Source: a virus
IMG/VR virus record: IMGVR_UViG_3300025133_000022
Span: 64,001-128,000 of that record
Length of the DNA: 64,000 nt
Strand: one strand, 5' to 3'
In this document: positions 23,754-34,040 of the stretch, one piece after another
Layout: the number at the start of each line of letters is the position of its first letter
Numbering within the stretch: the first letter of the stretch is position 1
Notes under the pieces: model-generated
Seen by the model: the letters and a program-made list of their open reading frames with translations, nothing else
Databases searched by the model: none
Told to the model about the DNA's origin: nothing
Translations under genes and position numbers: made by a program

Positions 23754-24063
23754 TCTAGTGTTTAGGATTCATACAAACGGTAAAACCGTCAAGTTATCTT
23801 CTCTGCAATTAGCAGAAGCTCTAGTAGCTAGAAGTATCAATCCAAAAGTTTCAGACCGCACACAACAGACAATACCATCACTCGCAGAAGCAATGGCAAA
23901 AAGCATGGAAGCACAAGGTCTCCTCGGAGACAGTACACCCAGGCAGCTTCTTGCCCTTGGAATCGGAGTTGGATACTATCTAAATACGTTCTTTAGAAAG
24001 AACGAAGTAAAAATTCAGGAACAATTAAATGCAAATGAACGTCATTCTGATGGAAATAGCTAA
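23722..24063 (+). CDS. Hypothetical protein (start uncertain)
   Basis: ORF track. Confidence 0.5.
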   Translation: MQLQSCSAGNNLVFRIHTNGKTVKLSSLQLAEALVARSINPKVSDRTQQTIPSLAEAMAKSMEAQGLLGDSTPRQLLALGIGVGYYLNTFFRKNEVKIQEQLNANERHSDGNS

Positions 24064-24217
24064 TCACCCTGTAGTCAAAGCAGCAGCAGTACGGCTTGCA
24101 GTAGAGTTAGCAGAAGGTGGTCTTGCAAAAACAATTGACCGCGCCATCGATAGAATGGCTTACAGCATTGCAAAAAAAATCATAGAAGAAAAGAAACAAA
24201 AAGGAAAACAGCTATGA
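24029..24217 (+). CDS. Hypothetical protein
   Basis: ORF track; stop overlaps the next start. Confidence 0.5.
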   Translation: MQMNVILMEIANHPVVKAAAVRLAVELAEGGLAKTIDRAIDRMAYSIAKKIIEEKKQKGKQL

Positions 24218-24588
24218 GCCTACAATTCAACACAAAAATTACTATCTTAAAAAACCCACGCGGCTCACTCCGCGCATTCGCAACACTGATCGTGAACGAT
24301 GTAATTCACATCAATGGCTTTCGGATCCTAGAAGGTTCTAAAGGAACTTTTGTTTCCGCACCTCAGAAAAAGGGCAACAAGCCAGACCCAGAAACCGGAA
24401 AGGATGTTTACTACGATGAAGTTAGATTCGTAGAAGAAACCAAAGAAGACCAGTGGCGCGGCCCTGTGGCAGAACAAGCATTCCAAACAATTCTTGACGC
24501 ATACAATGTGCAAAGCGGTACTTCTGGCAGCACTGGTCGCCCAGAGCCTACCAACGAGCGTCCAAAAACTCGAGCCGTTCGCTGGTAA
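24214..24588 (+). CDS. spoVG: SpoVG-family nucleic-acid-binding protein
   Basis: LRAFATLIVND...INGFRILEGSKGTFVSAPQKK...GKDVYYD. Confidence 0.8.
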   Translation: MSLQFNTKITILKNPRGSLRAFATLIVNDVIHINGFRILEGSKGTFVSAPQKKGNKPDPETGKDVYYDEVRFVEETKEDQWRGPVAEQAFQTILDAYNVQSGTSGSTGRPEPTNERPKTRAVRW

Positions 24589-24597
24589 GTAAACAAA

Positions 24598-24625
24598 CCG
24601 GGAGCCCCAAGCTCCCGGTTTTATT
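24598..24625 (+). terminator. Probable intrinsic terminator
   Basis: CCGGGAGC-CCCAA-GCTCCCGG then TTTTATT. Confidence 0.7.
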
Positions 24626-24639
24626 GTCTGAGGTAACCA

Positions 24640-25197
24640 ATGTCAAACAACACTAATACCGATGCAGTACCTACCACATCTATCGAAGACATTATGGAAG
24701 AAGTCGTGTCTGGAGCCCAAGCGCATTCAGCTGCTACAGAAATCTTTATGGACTCATTCGTGTTCTACGGAAATACACTTAGCCACTGGCTAGACGAAAT
24801 GGCTGTGGCTATTCCAAAAGAAATTCATCCTGAAGATCTTCAAAGACTGTATCTGGATGTAGCTTATAAAATTCAACGAGCCAGCAATTTCTATACAATG
24901 GCTAGCGCAATCCATGGCGGATTGGTGGATGGTGGAAATATCAAGAAAAGCGATCTTGTAAAATCACTCGTAGATCAATTCTCAACCACTAAGAGAAAAA
25001 GACCTGCTGCCACCATTATTGAACGAATGGCTGACTCTTACATGAATGCAACTGTGCACACTCGCATTGCTGCCAAAATTGTGAAAGATTTCTGGCGCGA
25101 AAGAAAAGATGCGCTGATTGAAATACGAAAATGCTTAGAACAAGTGAGCATCAGTATCCATACAGAGATGAAATACCTCCACGCCAATCGGAATTAA
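24640..25197 (+). CDS. Hypothetical helical protein
   Basis: GAGG RBS; 185-aa ORF. Confidence 0.7.
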   Translation: MSNNTNTDAVPTTSIEDIMEEVVSGAQAHSAATEIFMDSFVFYGNTLSHWLDEMAVAIPKEIHPEDLQRLYLDVAYKIQRASNFYTMASAIHGGLVDGGNIKKSDLVKSLVDQFSTTKRKRPAATIIERMADSYMNATVHTRIAAKIVKDFWRERKDALIEIRKCLEQVSISIHTEMKYLHANRN

Positions 25198-25200
25198 ACA

Positions 25201-25446
25201 ATGTTTAAAGACACAACAGTAGAACAAAACCAACGTTTAGCCGAAGCCATTCTTACAAGAATGTCTGAGGACGCAACTGAAGGAAACCTTGCTTGGTTAA
25301 CAGAAATCTTATCAGAAGCAATTGAAAGCAATCAAAATCAAGTGACAAACTTACTGTGTGCAGTGTTTAGCTTGGACTGCTATGATGAGCTAATTGAATG
25401 GTTTGATACTGTTCTTGAAGAGTCAGAACTTCAGGACGAATACTAA
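25201..25446 (+). CDS. Acidic hypothetical protein
   Basis: ORF track; translationally coupled. Confidence 0.6.
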   Translation: MFKDTTVEQNQRLAEAILTRMSEDATEGNLAWLTEILSEAIESNQNQVTNLLCAVFSLDCYDELIEWFDTVLEESELQDEY

Positions 25447-26012
25447 TGAAAAGTCACGAGGACCACAAAAGACTAATGCTAGCCATCCTACATCAAGCAA
25501 TGGATGACTATGTAAAAATGCAACACCCACGCTGTCGACGACGGAAATACGAAAAAGAAGCATTCTGGAGTGCTCGTGACCTGTTCTGGAACAAAAACCA
25601 TGAGCTAAACATCATAAGTGAAGAAGGGACTCCGGTCACACTTCAAACTTTAGCACTAGCAGCTTCAGGTAGAGGGAATGTAAATCTAAACAATTTACAT
25701 TCCCATCTTGTTAACGAGTCTATTAAATACTGGAAAGAAAAACACGTGAAAACAATAAGTATCCCAGAAGACGTTGTCATTGAAGGTCATGCCTATATGG
25801 TTGAACAAGCTGATAGCCCGCACATTGATTTTGATGCAAAAACCATTCAACTAGACAAGAAGAATCCTGCTGCGGAAAAACAATTTATGCAACTTGTAAT
25901 TGAGCTTAGTTGTCATCACAGAGAAATTCGCACAAGCGCAAAAGCAAGACGTGAGCTTAGCGAAGCAGTCTACGAACTGCTTCGCATGAATGATTGTTTT
26001 ACCGGAGATTAG
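25446..26012 (+). CDS. Hypothetical protein
   Basis: ORF track; TAATG coupling. Confidence 0.65.
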   Translation: MKSHEDHKRLMLAILHQAMDDYVKMQHPRCRRRKYEKEAFWSARDLFWNKNHELNIISEEGTPVTLQTLALAASGRGNVNLNNLHSHLVNESIKYWKEKHVKTISIPEDVVIEGHAYMVEQADSPHIDFDAKTIQLDKKNPAAEKQFMQLVIELSCHHREIRTSAKARRELSEAVYELLRMNDCFTGD

Positions 26013-26017
26013 AAAGC

Positions 26018-26494
26018 TCAGTAATCCTTCCAGGTCTTAGCAACTCGACCTGCCATAGAAACAAATGTGGAGTTGGGCACAGACTCTATCAAAGAACTAG
26101 CGTTATGAATTTTCTTCGTTTGGTGAATGATTAATTCTGCACCAACTTGGTCAAGCGCATCTTGCTCTACAAGTTTCGCATCAACATAATCTGGTCCGCG
26201 AATAAACACCTGTGGTCGAAGTTGCAAAATAAGTGCAGAAGGGTCAGCTTCAGTAAAAACAACGACCTCATCTACAAATCGACAGCTATTGAGTACATAA
26301 GCACGGTTAATAAGAGGAACAGTTTTGTCTTTGCCATATTTCTTATGTAAATAAGAATCTGCATTAATACCTACGGTTACCCGTCCAAACCTACTAGCAA
26401 ACTCAAACAGCTCAACATGTCCGGCATGCATAACATTAAAAGTTCCTGTAACTAACACATGTGAGGCATGTAGCTTTTCGATTTCTTGAGGCAT
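26018..26494 (-). CDS. Cytidylyltransferase-family nucleotidyltransferase (HldC/RfaE domain II-like)
   Basis: VTGTFNVMHAGH; VGINAD; R...L.SCRFVDEVVVF; RPQVFIRGPDY. Confidence 0.85.
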   Translation of the reverse strand: MPQEIEKLHASHVLVTGTFNVMHAGHVELFEFASRFGRVTVGINADSYLHKKYGKDKTVPLINRAYVLNSCRFVDEVVVFTEADPSALILQLRPQVFIRGPDYVDAKLVEQDALDQVGAELIIHQTKKIHNASSLIESVPNSTFVSMAGRVAKTWKDY

Positions 26495-26594
26495 AGTATT
26501 ATCTCCATGAAGCGCTATGAATCAAAGACCTTAGGTCAGCAACTCGCTAGACTTGCATATTAAGTCTAACACACAAAAACAATAGGAAACACCC

Positions 26595-27224
26595 ATGTTC
26601 TGTGCATTTATAACACTAGGTGTGATATGCGCTATTCTCTCAGCCGTAATATTCATAGAAATAGAGCACATACACACTCATTACAATGCCAAGATTAAAG
26701 CAATGACAACACAAGTCACAGAAGCTCAAATAATAGAAGCAGACTTGCAAAACAAAATCAAAAACCTTAACCTGCATTTCGAAGAGCAACAGCAAGCAAA
26801 CAAAATCTTGCAGTCAGAAGCTTACAAACGTGGCGATAAAAAAGGCAGACAAGACGCACTCAAGCGAAGCAAAAGCATAACTCACGGATTTGTTTCCGAA
26901 AACTTCGCTCCTCTTTTCAATCACCATGACTGGAACCCCAAAGATTTCAGGCACATGGGGGACCCTATCGACTACCTGGTGATACCTGGCATGAGCTTAG
27001 TTCACCAGGCAGGAGCACAAGCAAATGTTGAGGAAGTTGTCTTGCTGGACATCAAAACCGGCAACAGTCAACTTAATACCGTGCAACGACGTATTCGAGA
27101 TGCCGTTGTGAACGGCAGGGTGCGCTTTGCAACATACAACACAGACAAGGGCCAGCTACGATGCTGGCCACCTAGTCTGGAATCAGCACAATTAAAGCTA
27201 CCACTCAAAACAAATACAAAATGA
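26595..27224 (+). CDS. Membrane-anchored endonuclease related to Holliday junction resolvases
   Basis: N-terminal TM plus coiled coil; ENFAP..., FRHMGDPIDYLV, LLDIKTGNSQL...QRRIRDAV. Confidence 0.75.
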   Translation: MFCAFITLGVICAILSAVIFIEIEHIHTHYNAKIKAMTTQVTEAQIIEADLQNKIKNLNLHFEEQQQANKILQSEAYKRGDKKGRQDALKRSKSITHGFVSENFAPLFNHHDWNPKDFRHMGDPIDYLVIPGMSLVHQAGAQANVEEVVLLDIKTGNSQLNTVQRRIRDAVVNGRVRFATYNTDKGQLRCWPPSLESAQLKLPLKTNTK

Positions 27225-27985
27225 AATCAATTACAGCAGACACCTTTTATGAATGTCGCATTTGCGGTCGTGCCTACATGGAGTCAGGAATAGCAAGTTT
27301 CTGTCATCCAGACACTTTCGTCAAATCCGTTGACCCGTACTTAGTTATGGCAGCAATTAGACGTAAGCTCATCAAAGAGCCGACTTATACAGTCAAAGAC
27401 ATTGAAGACTTTCCTGACGAGTCACCAAGACGTTCAGATTTATACGACATGCAAGAACCAGGAAAAGCCAATCCTGGCAAGAACCTAGAGCCTGAGGAAA
27501 AGCATCCACACAACGAGACAGAAGACGGACCCTGCGAACTCACCGAATGGGGAGACCAAGTAGTCACCCACACTAGCGGAGCTAAACGTGCCAACGGAGA
27601 CAAGATCCGCTGGGACCTCATGCCTGTCGCACCTATGCGAGACACCGCGTTGATCTGGACCTTTGGTGCAAATAAATACGGTGACAGAAATTGGGAGCAA
27701 GGTTTCGACTGGTCGGGCCCCTACGCTAGTTTACAGCGACACCTACAAGCATGGTTCTCAGGAGAAGACTTCGACAAAGAGTCTGGCATGAGCCACCTGG
27801 CTCATGCCGCCTGCAACCTACAGATGCTACAGCAGTTTGAGTACACACACAAAGAGGGTGACAACCGCCCTCACAACAGCTGCCCACCGACTAGGAAATC
27901 AAATGCCGAAAGACAAGAGAATGAGTCCACTAAGGACAAAAATAAAAAAGAAAGACATCTTGAAAAAAAACCTACACGTTGGTGA
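27221..27985 (+). CDS. dATP/dGTP diphosphohydrolase (DUF5664-like) domain protein
   Basis: GDKIRWDLMP; FGANKYGDRNW; RHLQAWFSGEDFDKESGMSHLAHAACNL. Confidence 0.85.
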   Translation: MKSITADTFYECRICGRAYMESGIASFCHPDTFVKSVDPYLVMAAIRRKLIKEPTYTVKDIEDFPDESPRRSDLYDMQEPGKANPGKNLEPEEKHPHNETEDGPCELTEWGDQVVTHTSGAKRANGDKIRWDLMPVAPMRDTALIWTFGANKYGDRNWEQGFDWSGPYASLQRHLQAWFSGEDFDKESGMSHLAHAACNLQMLQQFEYTHKEGDNRPHNSCPPTRKSNAERQENESTKDKNKKERHLEKKPTRW

Positions 27986-28253
27986 TGTGGTCGTCTGTAT
28001 CCCGAACCATGTGCGAACCAATGTTGCCGGTATCGGAATGATCTGTGGGGAAACTCTCCGCCACACTCGAGTGCTGAGAGTCAGTGGAGAAATCATCACA
28101 GGCAACAAACCCCTAAACACCAAAAGTATTGAAGACTGGAGTGGTGCAAACGCAAGCTTTGCACTTCATGCAGGTGGCTTCTACCTGCTTCGCGAACACG
28201 ACACCCAGTTGTGGGTGCAGCAACTTCGCAACTACATCAAAGAGCATACATGA
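27903..28253 (+). CDS. Hypothetical protein (start uncertain; TTG 27960 possible)
   Basis: ORF track; LHVGDVVVC. Confidence 0.5.
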   Translation: MPKDKRMSPLRTKIKKKDILKKNLHVGDVVVCIPNHVRTNVAGIGMICGETLRHTRVLRVSGEIITGNKPLNTKSIEDWSGANASFALHAGGFYLLREHDTQLWVQQLRNYIKEHT

Positions 28254-28564
28254 AGCCATTAGGTACGTTTCTCAACATCAAGGACGTAGTCGGACAAGAA
28301 ATTTGTAGCGGAGACATCATCATTCACTTTGCTGGAAGAGGCAGGTTTTCTATAGGAGAAACCCTACATGTTGTCTGCGGCATCACCAAGAGCAATATGC
28401 CGAAAAGTATTTATGTTGGTTCTATTCCAATCAGAATCAACGAACTGTCAAACCCACTAACCGTTTCTGTAAAATCAAGAAGAACATCTTATGTACGAAT
28501 AGACAAACCTATTAATGCTTCTAGAATTACAGAAGCACGCAAATACATTCAGGAGAACACATGA
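28250..28564 (+). CDS. Hypothetical protein
   Basis: ATGA overlap; DVVGQEICSGDIII. Confidence 0.55.
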   Translation: MKPLGTFLNIKDVVGQEICSGDIIIHFAGRGRFSIGETLHVVCGITKSNMPKSIYVGSIPIRINELSNPLTVSVKSRRTSYVRIDKPINASRITEARKYIQENT

Positions 28565-28824
28565 CGCCAAAAAAAGCATTAGCCACACTCGTAAGAGCAG
28601 CAATGAGTCAAAACCAATTGCTAGTAGGACCTGCTTTGCACCTGCAAAAAACTATAATCAAGGAGCTTGAAGCTCCCCAATTGCATAGCAGTCAGCTAAA
28701 AGCCATCAAGGCTGAGAACACGGACCTAACGCTACGTATCGCTGAACTAGAAGAGGAACTAGCTGAAGCACGCAAACCACGACGCAGAACAAGGAAGAAG
28801 AATGATGACACTGGAACCTCGTGA
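28561..28824 (+). CDS. Coiled-coil hypothetical protein
   Basis: AGGAG RBS; ORF track. Confidence 0.6.
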   Translation: MTPKKALATLVRAAMSQNQLLVGPALHLQKTIIKELEAPQLHSSQLKAIKAENTDLTLRIAELEEELAEARKPRRRTRKKNDDTGTS

Positions 28825-29422
28825 CATGACACTTGCCACATCAAACTATCCTGACAAAGGAAAGCCAGTGTGGTACATGCATCCAGAGCGAACACCGTTG
28901 GGGTTAGAAGATTTTCAAACCCCACTAAAAAACATCTGCAGGTACAACGGCAGTATTCGCTGGCATCTAATTCGTCATCTTGCACTTGGGGTTCTGTTGT
29001 GCCGAGTTCGATTTGGCACAGGTCATTTCGCCCGCAACATTGCGGGCTATTACGCTGCTCACGACCTACACGAATGCATTGTAGGTGACGTAGTCTCCGG
29101 AATGAAAAAATACCTAACAGGCTTTCGAGAAATCGAGAACGCCTGGGAAGTGCATACACATGAGCAAATTGAAATGCCACTAGACTTATCTCTTAGCAAG
29201 AAGGCAGTCCGAGAACTTGACTTGCTTGCTCTTGTTGTAGAGATGAAACGTCTGGAACATCCAGCAGCATACATTGCTGAACGGAACACCAAACTGACAC
29301 CTACAGAAACAGAGCTTGAATGCTTTGATAGTGTAGCTAAGCTCAGTGATGAAGACTGCTGGAAAATTATCACAGATGCAATTGAAACAGCGAGAGAAGA
29401 ACTACCATGGCAACAAAAATAG
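28802..29422 (+). CDS. HD-domain 5'-deoxynucleotidase (YfbR-like)
   Basis: L.NICRYNG...WHL..H; AAHDLHECIVGDV; ELDLLALVVE. Confidence 0.8.
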   Translation: MMTLEPRDMTLATSNYPDKGKPVWYMHPERTPLGLEDFQTPLKNICRYNGSIRWHLIRHLALGVLLCRVRFGTGHFARNIAGYYAAHDLHECIVGDVVSGMKKYLTGFREIENAWEVHTHEQIEMPLDLSLSKKAVRELDLLALVVEMKRLEHPAAYIAERNTKLTPTETELECFDSVAKLSDEDCWKIITDAIETAREELPWQQK

Positions 29423-30573
29423 AGATTGAGAACAAGACCGGACTAGCAGCACTAGATGCTATCATTAAGACAACCAGTAAGAAACGAGGAGTAGACCTTA
29501 GCGGCATCCGACTCGGAAGCATAAAACCGTTTAGCACTGGCAGCATGCAGCTTGATCTTGGACTTAAGATCGGAGGCATGCCAGAAGGACGAGTCATTGA
29601 AGTCTTCGGACAAGAGTCTACCCTGAAAACCAGCCTATGTCTCGCTGCACTCGCTCGGAAACAACAAGCTCGAATCGCAGCAGGAATTCATAAACGCGAC
29701 CTCATCCTAGACATCGAGCACTCACTGACCGACCCTTTTATTGAAGGTTTCGGTATCGATCTTGACCAGTGCATCATCTTGCAGCCAGGCTCTGCAGAGG
29801 AAGCATTACAGGTCAGTATCGACTACGTAAAATCAGGTGAAATCGACTGCGTACTCATCGACTCTGTTGATGCTATGCAGAATGAAAAACAACAGCGTCG
29901 TCAGATTGGCGAGAATGATGTTGGAGGCATTTCCAAAGACATGGCAAATGCCATGAGACAGATCAGCAAGCTAGCTGTTCAATATAGTACTACCTATCTG
30001 TTCATTAATCAAATCAAAATGAATCCAGGTGTAATGTTTGGCTCCCCAGAAACCACCCCAGGTGGCTCTGCACTACGTTTCTACGCGAGTCTACGAATCA
30101 AATGCATGAGTCGTAAAGCCTGTCCAGCTATTCCAAACGCTACCACTATGCGCATGCGGATTGTAAAAACAAAAATGGGAGGAGATTTCAATGAAATTAT
30201 TGAAGTTCCATTCGTTTTTGGAAAAGGTTTTGCTAAAGCTCTTGATATCGAAGCAGTAGCCAAAGAATTAAAGATATTACGTCACAGCGCAGGTCAAAGC
30301 AAGGTCCAGTGGGTACCAGATGCAGAGTTCGAACCACTCCTTCTCGACATTGAGAAAGGAAAAAGTGCAGGTCAGCAAGCCCTAATCAACACTCCGTGGC
30401 TGCTCGAACGTCTACGCCAAGCGTGCTTCTTGCATGCAAATGCAGACTGTGCACTTTCCCCAAAAGAAGTCCTAGCAATAGGACCCCCAATACTAACAGA
30501 AGCACAGCAGGAAATCATCACCAAGGCAGAAGCCTTGGTGGAGGAACTTGATGACACCTCAACAGAAGCTTGA
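29407..30573 (+). CDS. recA: RecA recombinase
   Basis: STGSMQLDLGLKIGGMPEGRVIEVFGQESTLKT; DIEH; LIDSV; FINQIKM..GVMFGSPETTPGG.ALRFYAS. Confidence 0.95.
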   Translation: MATKIEIENKTGLAALDAIIKTTSKKRGVDLSGIRLGSIKPFSTGSMQLDLGLKIGGMPEGRVIEVFGQESTLKTSLCLAALARKQQARIAAGIHKRDLILDIEHSLTDPFIEGFGIDLDQCIILQPGSAEEALQVSIDYVKSGEIDCVLIDSVDAMQNEKQQRRQIGENDVGGISKDMANAMRQISKLAVQYSTTYLFINQIKMNPGVMFGSPETTPGGSALRFYASLRIKCMSRKACPAIPNATTMRMRIVKTKMGGDFNEIIEVPFVFGKGFAKALDIEAVAKELKILRHSAGQSKVQWVPDAEFEPLLLDIEKGKSAGQQALINTPWLLERLRQACFLHANADCALSPKEVLAIGPPILTEAQQEIITKAEALVEELDDTSTEA

Positions 30574-30754
30574 GCACCTACAAGATATGCAATCTTTCCG
30601 AGCCTTGTTCATTCGGAACTTGGCTCGTGAACTTGCTTCATTTATACCAACCCAAACTGTCCAAGAAATAGTTGTGCAAGCATATGCTGAACTTCTGGAC
30701 AAACGACTACCGTCAGCTACCGAGGCATCTTATCCGAAGCCTGCAGAACAATAG
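30548..30754 (+). CDS. Hypothetical protein
   Basis: GGAGG RBS; ORF track. Confidence 0.55.
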   Translation: MMTPQQKLEHLQDMQSFRALFIRNLARELASFIPTQTVQEIVVQAYAELLDKRLPSATEASYPKPAEQ

Positions 30755-30783
30755 GATCAACTACTCAAGGAGGTAGATCCACC

Positions 30784-33036
30784 ATGAGAGAACAACTACA
30801 AACCAGAACAGAAGAGTCCCACGGAGAGCTTAGTAGCGCCCATTTCGGAATTAGCATATCTGATCAAGCTCACGTTATTGGCATTCTAAGAAACCGACTA
30901 TACTCTGATAAAATCATGGCCGTACTTCGTGAGTACGGCACTAATGCGTGGGATGCACACGTCGAAGCAGGTCTTAAAAACAAGCCTATCAAAATCACCT
31001 TGCCAAGCAGGTTCTTGCCAACTCTACGTATTAGAGACTTTGGTCCCGGTATTCCAGAGAAAAACATCTTCGATGTGTATTGCCAGTATGGCAACAGTAC
31101 TAAACGTGAAACAAATACTGCAGTAGGTATGCTCGGTATTGGATGTAAGTCCGGCTTTGCATATTCTGATACATTTACTATTGTCAGTTACCATGCTGGC
31201 ATGAAGAAAACCTATGTCGCATTTATTGACCCAACAAACCTTGGCAAAATGACCAAGCTTGCCGAAACAGAATGTGGCAGCGAAACTGGTGTTGAGATTC
31301 AGATCCAAACCCAAGCCAATGATGTTGACGCATTTCGTAACAAAGCTAGAAGTCTATTCAAGTATTTCAACCCAAGACCAGAAATCAACTGCATACTACC
31401 CATTCGAGAATACACTAACACAGGTACTGGGTGGGCGCTTCGCAGCAAGAACAACAACGATACAGATTCTGGTCCAATTGCGATTATGGGTAACATTGGC
31501 TACCCGATCAAACCCCAGCGCTTAGACAAGCTGCCAGAAAATCTAAAGTCCTTGCTCAATGTTAACATTGACATGCTGTTCCCTATAGGTGCCGTAAGTA
31601 TTGCAGCCAGCAGAGAAGATTTAGAGTACACAGACAAAACTCTGAACGCAATCAGAACCACCCTAGAAATGTGTTTGCGTGAGCTAGAGGTAAATGTAAA
31701 AGAATCTCTAAGTAAAGCAAAAACATTACACGAAGCAAGAAGTACTTTTGTTAAAACAGCAGGTAAAAAATATTCCTGGACCAACAGAAATGGACGACAA
31801 CAAAACTTATCTTGGATTGTCGCTATGGCACACAAAATGTGGAGATCACCAACCACCGGAATCGCATACGACTTAAGCAATAGTGTTTTCTCGCCTCTCC
31901 GTAATAATAAAAACTTACAAGTTCGTGCACTAATGCCAGGAGCCTATCAAACGATAGGTCTTACTTCCAGAGGCACAACCTTTGATCATGGTCAGAATAT
32001 TATTATCGCCCTGTGTGATGTAAAAAGCCAATGGGTTGGTCGCACAGATAATCTTCGTGAAGAATTGCTGTCCAAAAAAGCTATCAATTATCATATTCTA
32101 ATTGTAAAACTGCTCGACGATGACATAAAAGTTAGCTCGGCAGCATACAATAAATGGCTTCAAGAATGTGAGCTTGAAGGCACACCTACTTTCAAGCTAA
32201 GCGACTACGAAGGCAAATCCATAAGAGGCCCTGCAGCTTCACCAAAGACAAGAAATAAAAAAACCGTAAAGAAAGTTTTCAAACTGAAAGCCGACACCTT
32301 TGTTTCTCATGTTAGCGCACCAAGTGACAACTATGAAACATACACCGCAGACTTGAAAAACGGTAGCGGGATATGGATGGAAATCTACACATTTCGTCCA
32401 GTGCTTAGCACTAATGCGATTCTAAAAGAACAGTTGAGCAACTTGCGTGCCATCGGTATCGATTTGTCTAAAACAGATATCATTGCTGTAAAAACAAAAG
32501 AGAAAGAAAAAGTTGGCAAAAAATGGACTCTGTTTGAAGACTGGTACGAGAGCAAGCTTAGTCAATTTGTTAAAAACAGCCCCGATATCGACAAGCTTCT
32601 GAAACTTCAAGCTGTCAAACAGTCTGTCAATGAAAGAGCAAGGTACAATTACAGAAATCGCGCAAACAGTCTTGTCAATATTGGCGGATTGCCAAAGACC
32701 CATACGCTAGTTAAGTTTTTCAATGAAGTCTGGGAAACCCTAGACGCAAGTGGACAAGCTGACATAAATGAACAAAAGAGACAGAAAATTATCTACAATG
32801 CGATTAGTGCATTGCCAGATGACAAACGACCAAAATCAAGCTATAATTTGTATGAAAAACGAACTGCAATTGTAGAACTTTACCCGATGCTTCAACATTC
32901 ACAAGTGTTTCAAATCGGGTATTGGGGAGACGGATATTACAAGTCCAACCCAGCCACAGCTGGCGCCATGCCAAAAGACGAAGCAACAAAAGTTGCAGAA
33001 TATATACAACTTGTAGACAAAAGTAAGGAAAAATAA
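30784..33036 (+). CDS. rIIA: rIIA-like protein (GHKL/HATPase N-terminus)
   Basis: RLYSDKIMAVLREYGTNAWDAH; IRDFGPGI; YGNSTKRETN..VGMLGIGCKS.FAYSDTF. Confidence 0.85.
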   Translation: MREQLQTRTEESHGELSSAHFGISISDQAHVIGILRNRLYSDKIMAVLREYGTNAWDAHVEAGLKNKPIKITLPSRFLPTLRIRDFGPGIPEKNIFDVYCQYGNSTKRETNTAVGMLGIGCKSGFAYSDTFTIVSYHAGMKKTYVAFIDPTNLGKMTKLAETECGSETGVEIQIQTQANDVDAFRNKARSLFKYFNPRPEINCILPIREYTNTGTGWALRSKNNNDTDSGPIAIMGNIGYPIKPQRLDKLPENLKSLLNVNIDMLFPIGAVSIAASREDLEYTDKTLNAIRTTLEMCLRELEVNVKESLSKAKTLHEARSTFVKTAGKKYSWTNRNGRQQNLSWIVAMAHKMWRSPTTGIAYDLSNSVFSPLRNNKNLQVRALMPGAYQTIGLTSRGTTFDHGQNIIIALCDVKSQWVGRTDNLREELLSKKAINYHILIVKLLDDDIKVSSAAYNKWLQECELEGTPTFKLSDYEGKSIRGPAASPKTRNKKTVKKVFKLKADTFVSHVSAPSDNYETYTADLKNGSGIWMEIYTFRPVLSTNAILKEQLSNLRAIGIDLSKTDIIAVKTKEKEKVGKKWTLFEDWYESKLSQFVKNSPDIDKLLKLQAVKQSVNERARYNYRNRANSLVNIGGLPKTHTLVKFFNEVWETLDASGQADINEQKRQKIIYNAISALPDDKRPKSSYNLYEKRTAIVELYPMLQHSQVFQIGYWGDGYYKSNPATAGAMPKDEATKVAEYIQLVDKSKEK

Positions 33037-34022
33037 TGATCCCAAGAATTATCACTAACACAACAGTCACCATCCACCTAGAAGGTGACATTATCTCAGC
33101 CAATGCTCAGCATCCAGCATTTGATCAAATCAGAGAAGCAGCCTTGGCACAGGATTGGAATCAAGTTCGCACACTAACAAACGTAAGTGAAGCTATTAAA
33201 GTCTGGTCTGACAATGAATTTGAAATCAATGACGACCAGGTTCTATACAATGGAACTCCGGTTCCATCAGAACTTGAAAAACGCATTTTGGCTTTCGTAG
33301 AAAGCAAAGTTGACTTTAGCCACCTGTTGACTTTTTACCGCAAGCTAATCAAGAACCCAAGCCGCAGGTCTGTCCAGCAACTCTACAAGTTTCTTGAGCA
33401 TGAGTCTATTCCAATCGGAGAAGACGGGTGCTTCTACGCATACAAAGCTGTCCGACAAGACTGGATGAGCTACGGAGCTGACAGACGCACTGGCGAAAGA
33501 CAACTCAACAAGATCGGCATGACACCCACCATGCCTAGAAATGAAGTCGACGACGACCCTACTCGTGGTTGCTCTTATGGCTTTCACGTTGGATCCCTTG
33601 CCTATGCTAGTGGCTTCGGCGGCGGCGGCAGCAAGTTGCTTATCTGTCGTATCTCACCTGAAAACGTAGTTAGTGTCCCGCATGACTGCGCGCACCAAAA
33701 ACTGCGTTGCAGTAGCTACACAGTTGTACAAGAATACGTTGGCCCTCTTCCAGATACTTTCTGGAGTCCAAACCAACCTGACTATGACGATGGTGTGTTC
33801 GAGAACTCTCCTACAGACACTCGCATTGCCAGTATCCAAGCAGAGATGGAAGAGTCCGAAGACCAGCTAGAGCGCCTGCAGACAGCGCTAGAAGCTGCAG
33901 AAGACGCTGAGGTAGGGCAGACAGTACTAAACGGTCTGCTGAACGCCATGACGGATGTTGAAGGCATCCTTCAGCGTCTAGAAACAGATCTAGCTAGCTT
34001 AAATGAGCCCTACGAGGGTTGA
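33036..34022 (+). CDS. rIIB: rIIB-like protein
   Basis: NPS..SVQQLYKFL...PIGEDGCFYAYK; MPRNEVDDDP..GCSYGFHVGS; VVSVP.D....KLRC; coupled to rIIA. Confidence 0.85.
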   Translation: MIPRIITNTTVTIHLEGDIISANAQHPAFDQIREAALAQDWNQVRTLTNVSEAIKVWSDNEFEINDDQVLYNGTPVPSELEKRILAFVESKVDFSHLLTFYRKLIKNPSRRSVQQLYKFLEHESIPIGEDGCFYAYKAVRQDWMSYGADRRTGERQLNKIGMTPTMPRNEVDDDPTRGCSYGFHVGSLAYASGFGGGGSKLLICRISPENVVSVPHDCAHQKLRCSSYTVVQEYVGPLPDTFWSPNQPDYDDGVFENSPTDTRIASIQAEMEESEDQLERLQTALEAAEDAEVGQTVLNGLLNAMTDVEGILQRLETDLASLNEPYEG

Positions 34023-34040
34023 TTCACAACCCTAAAAACA

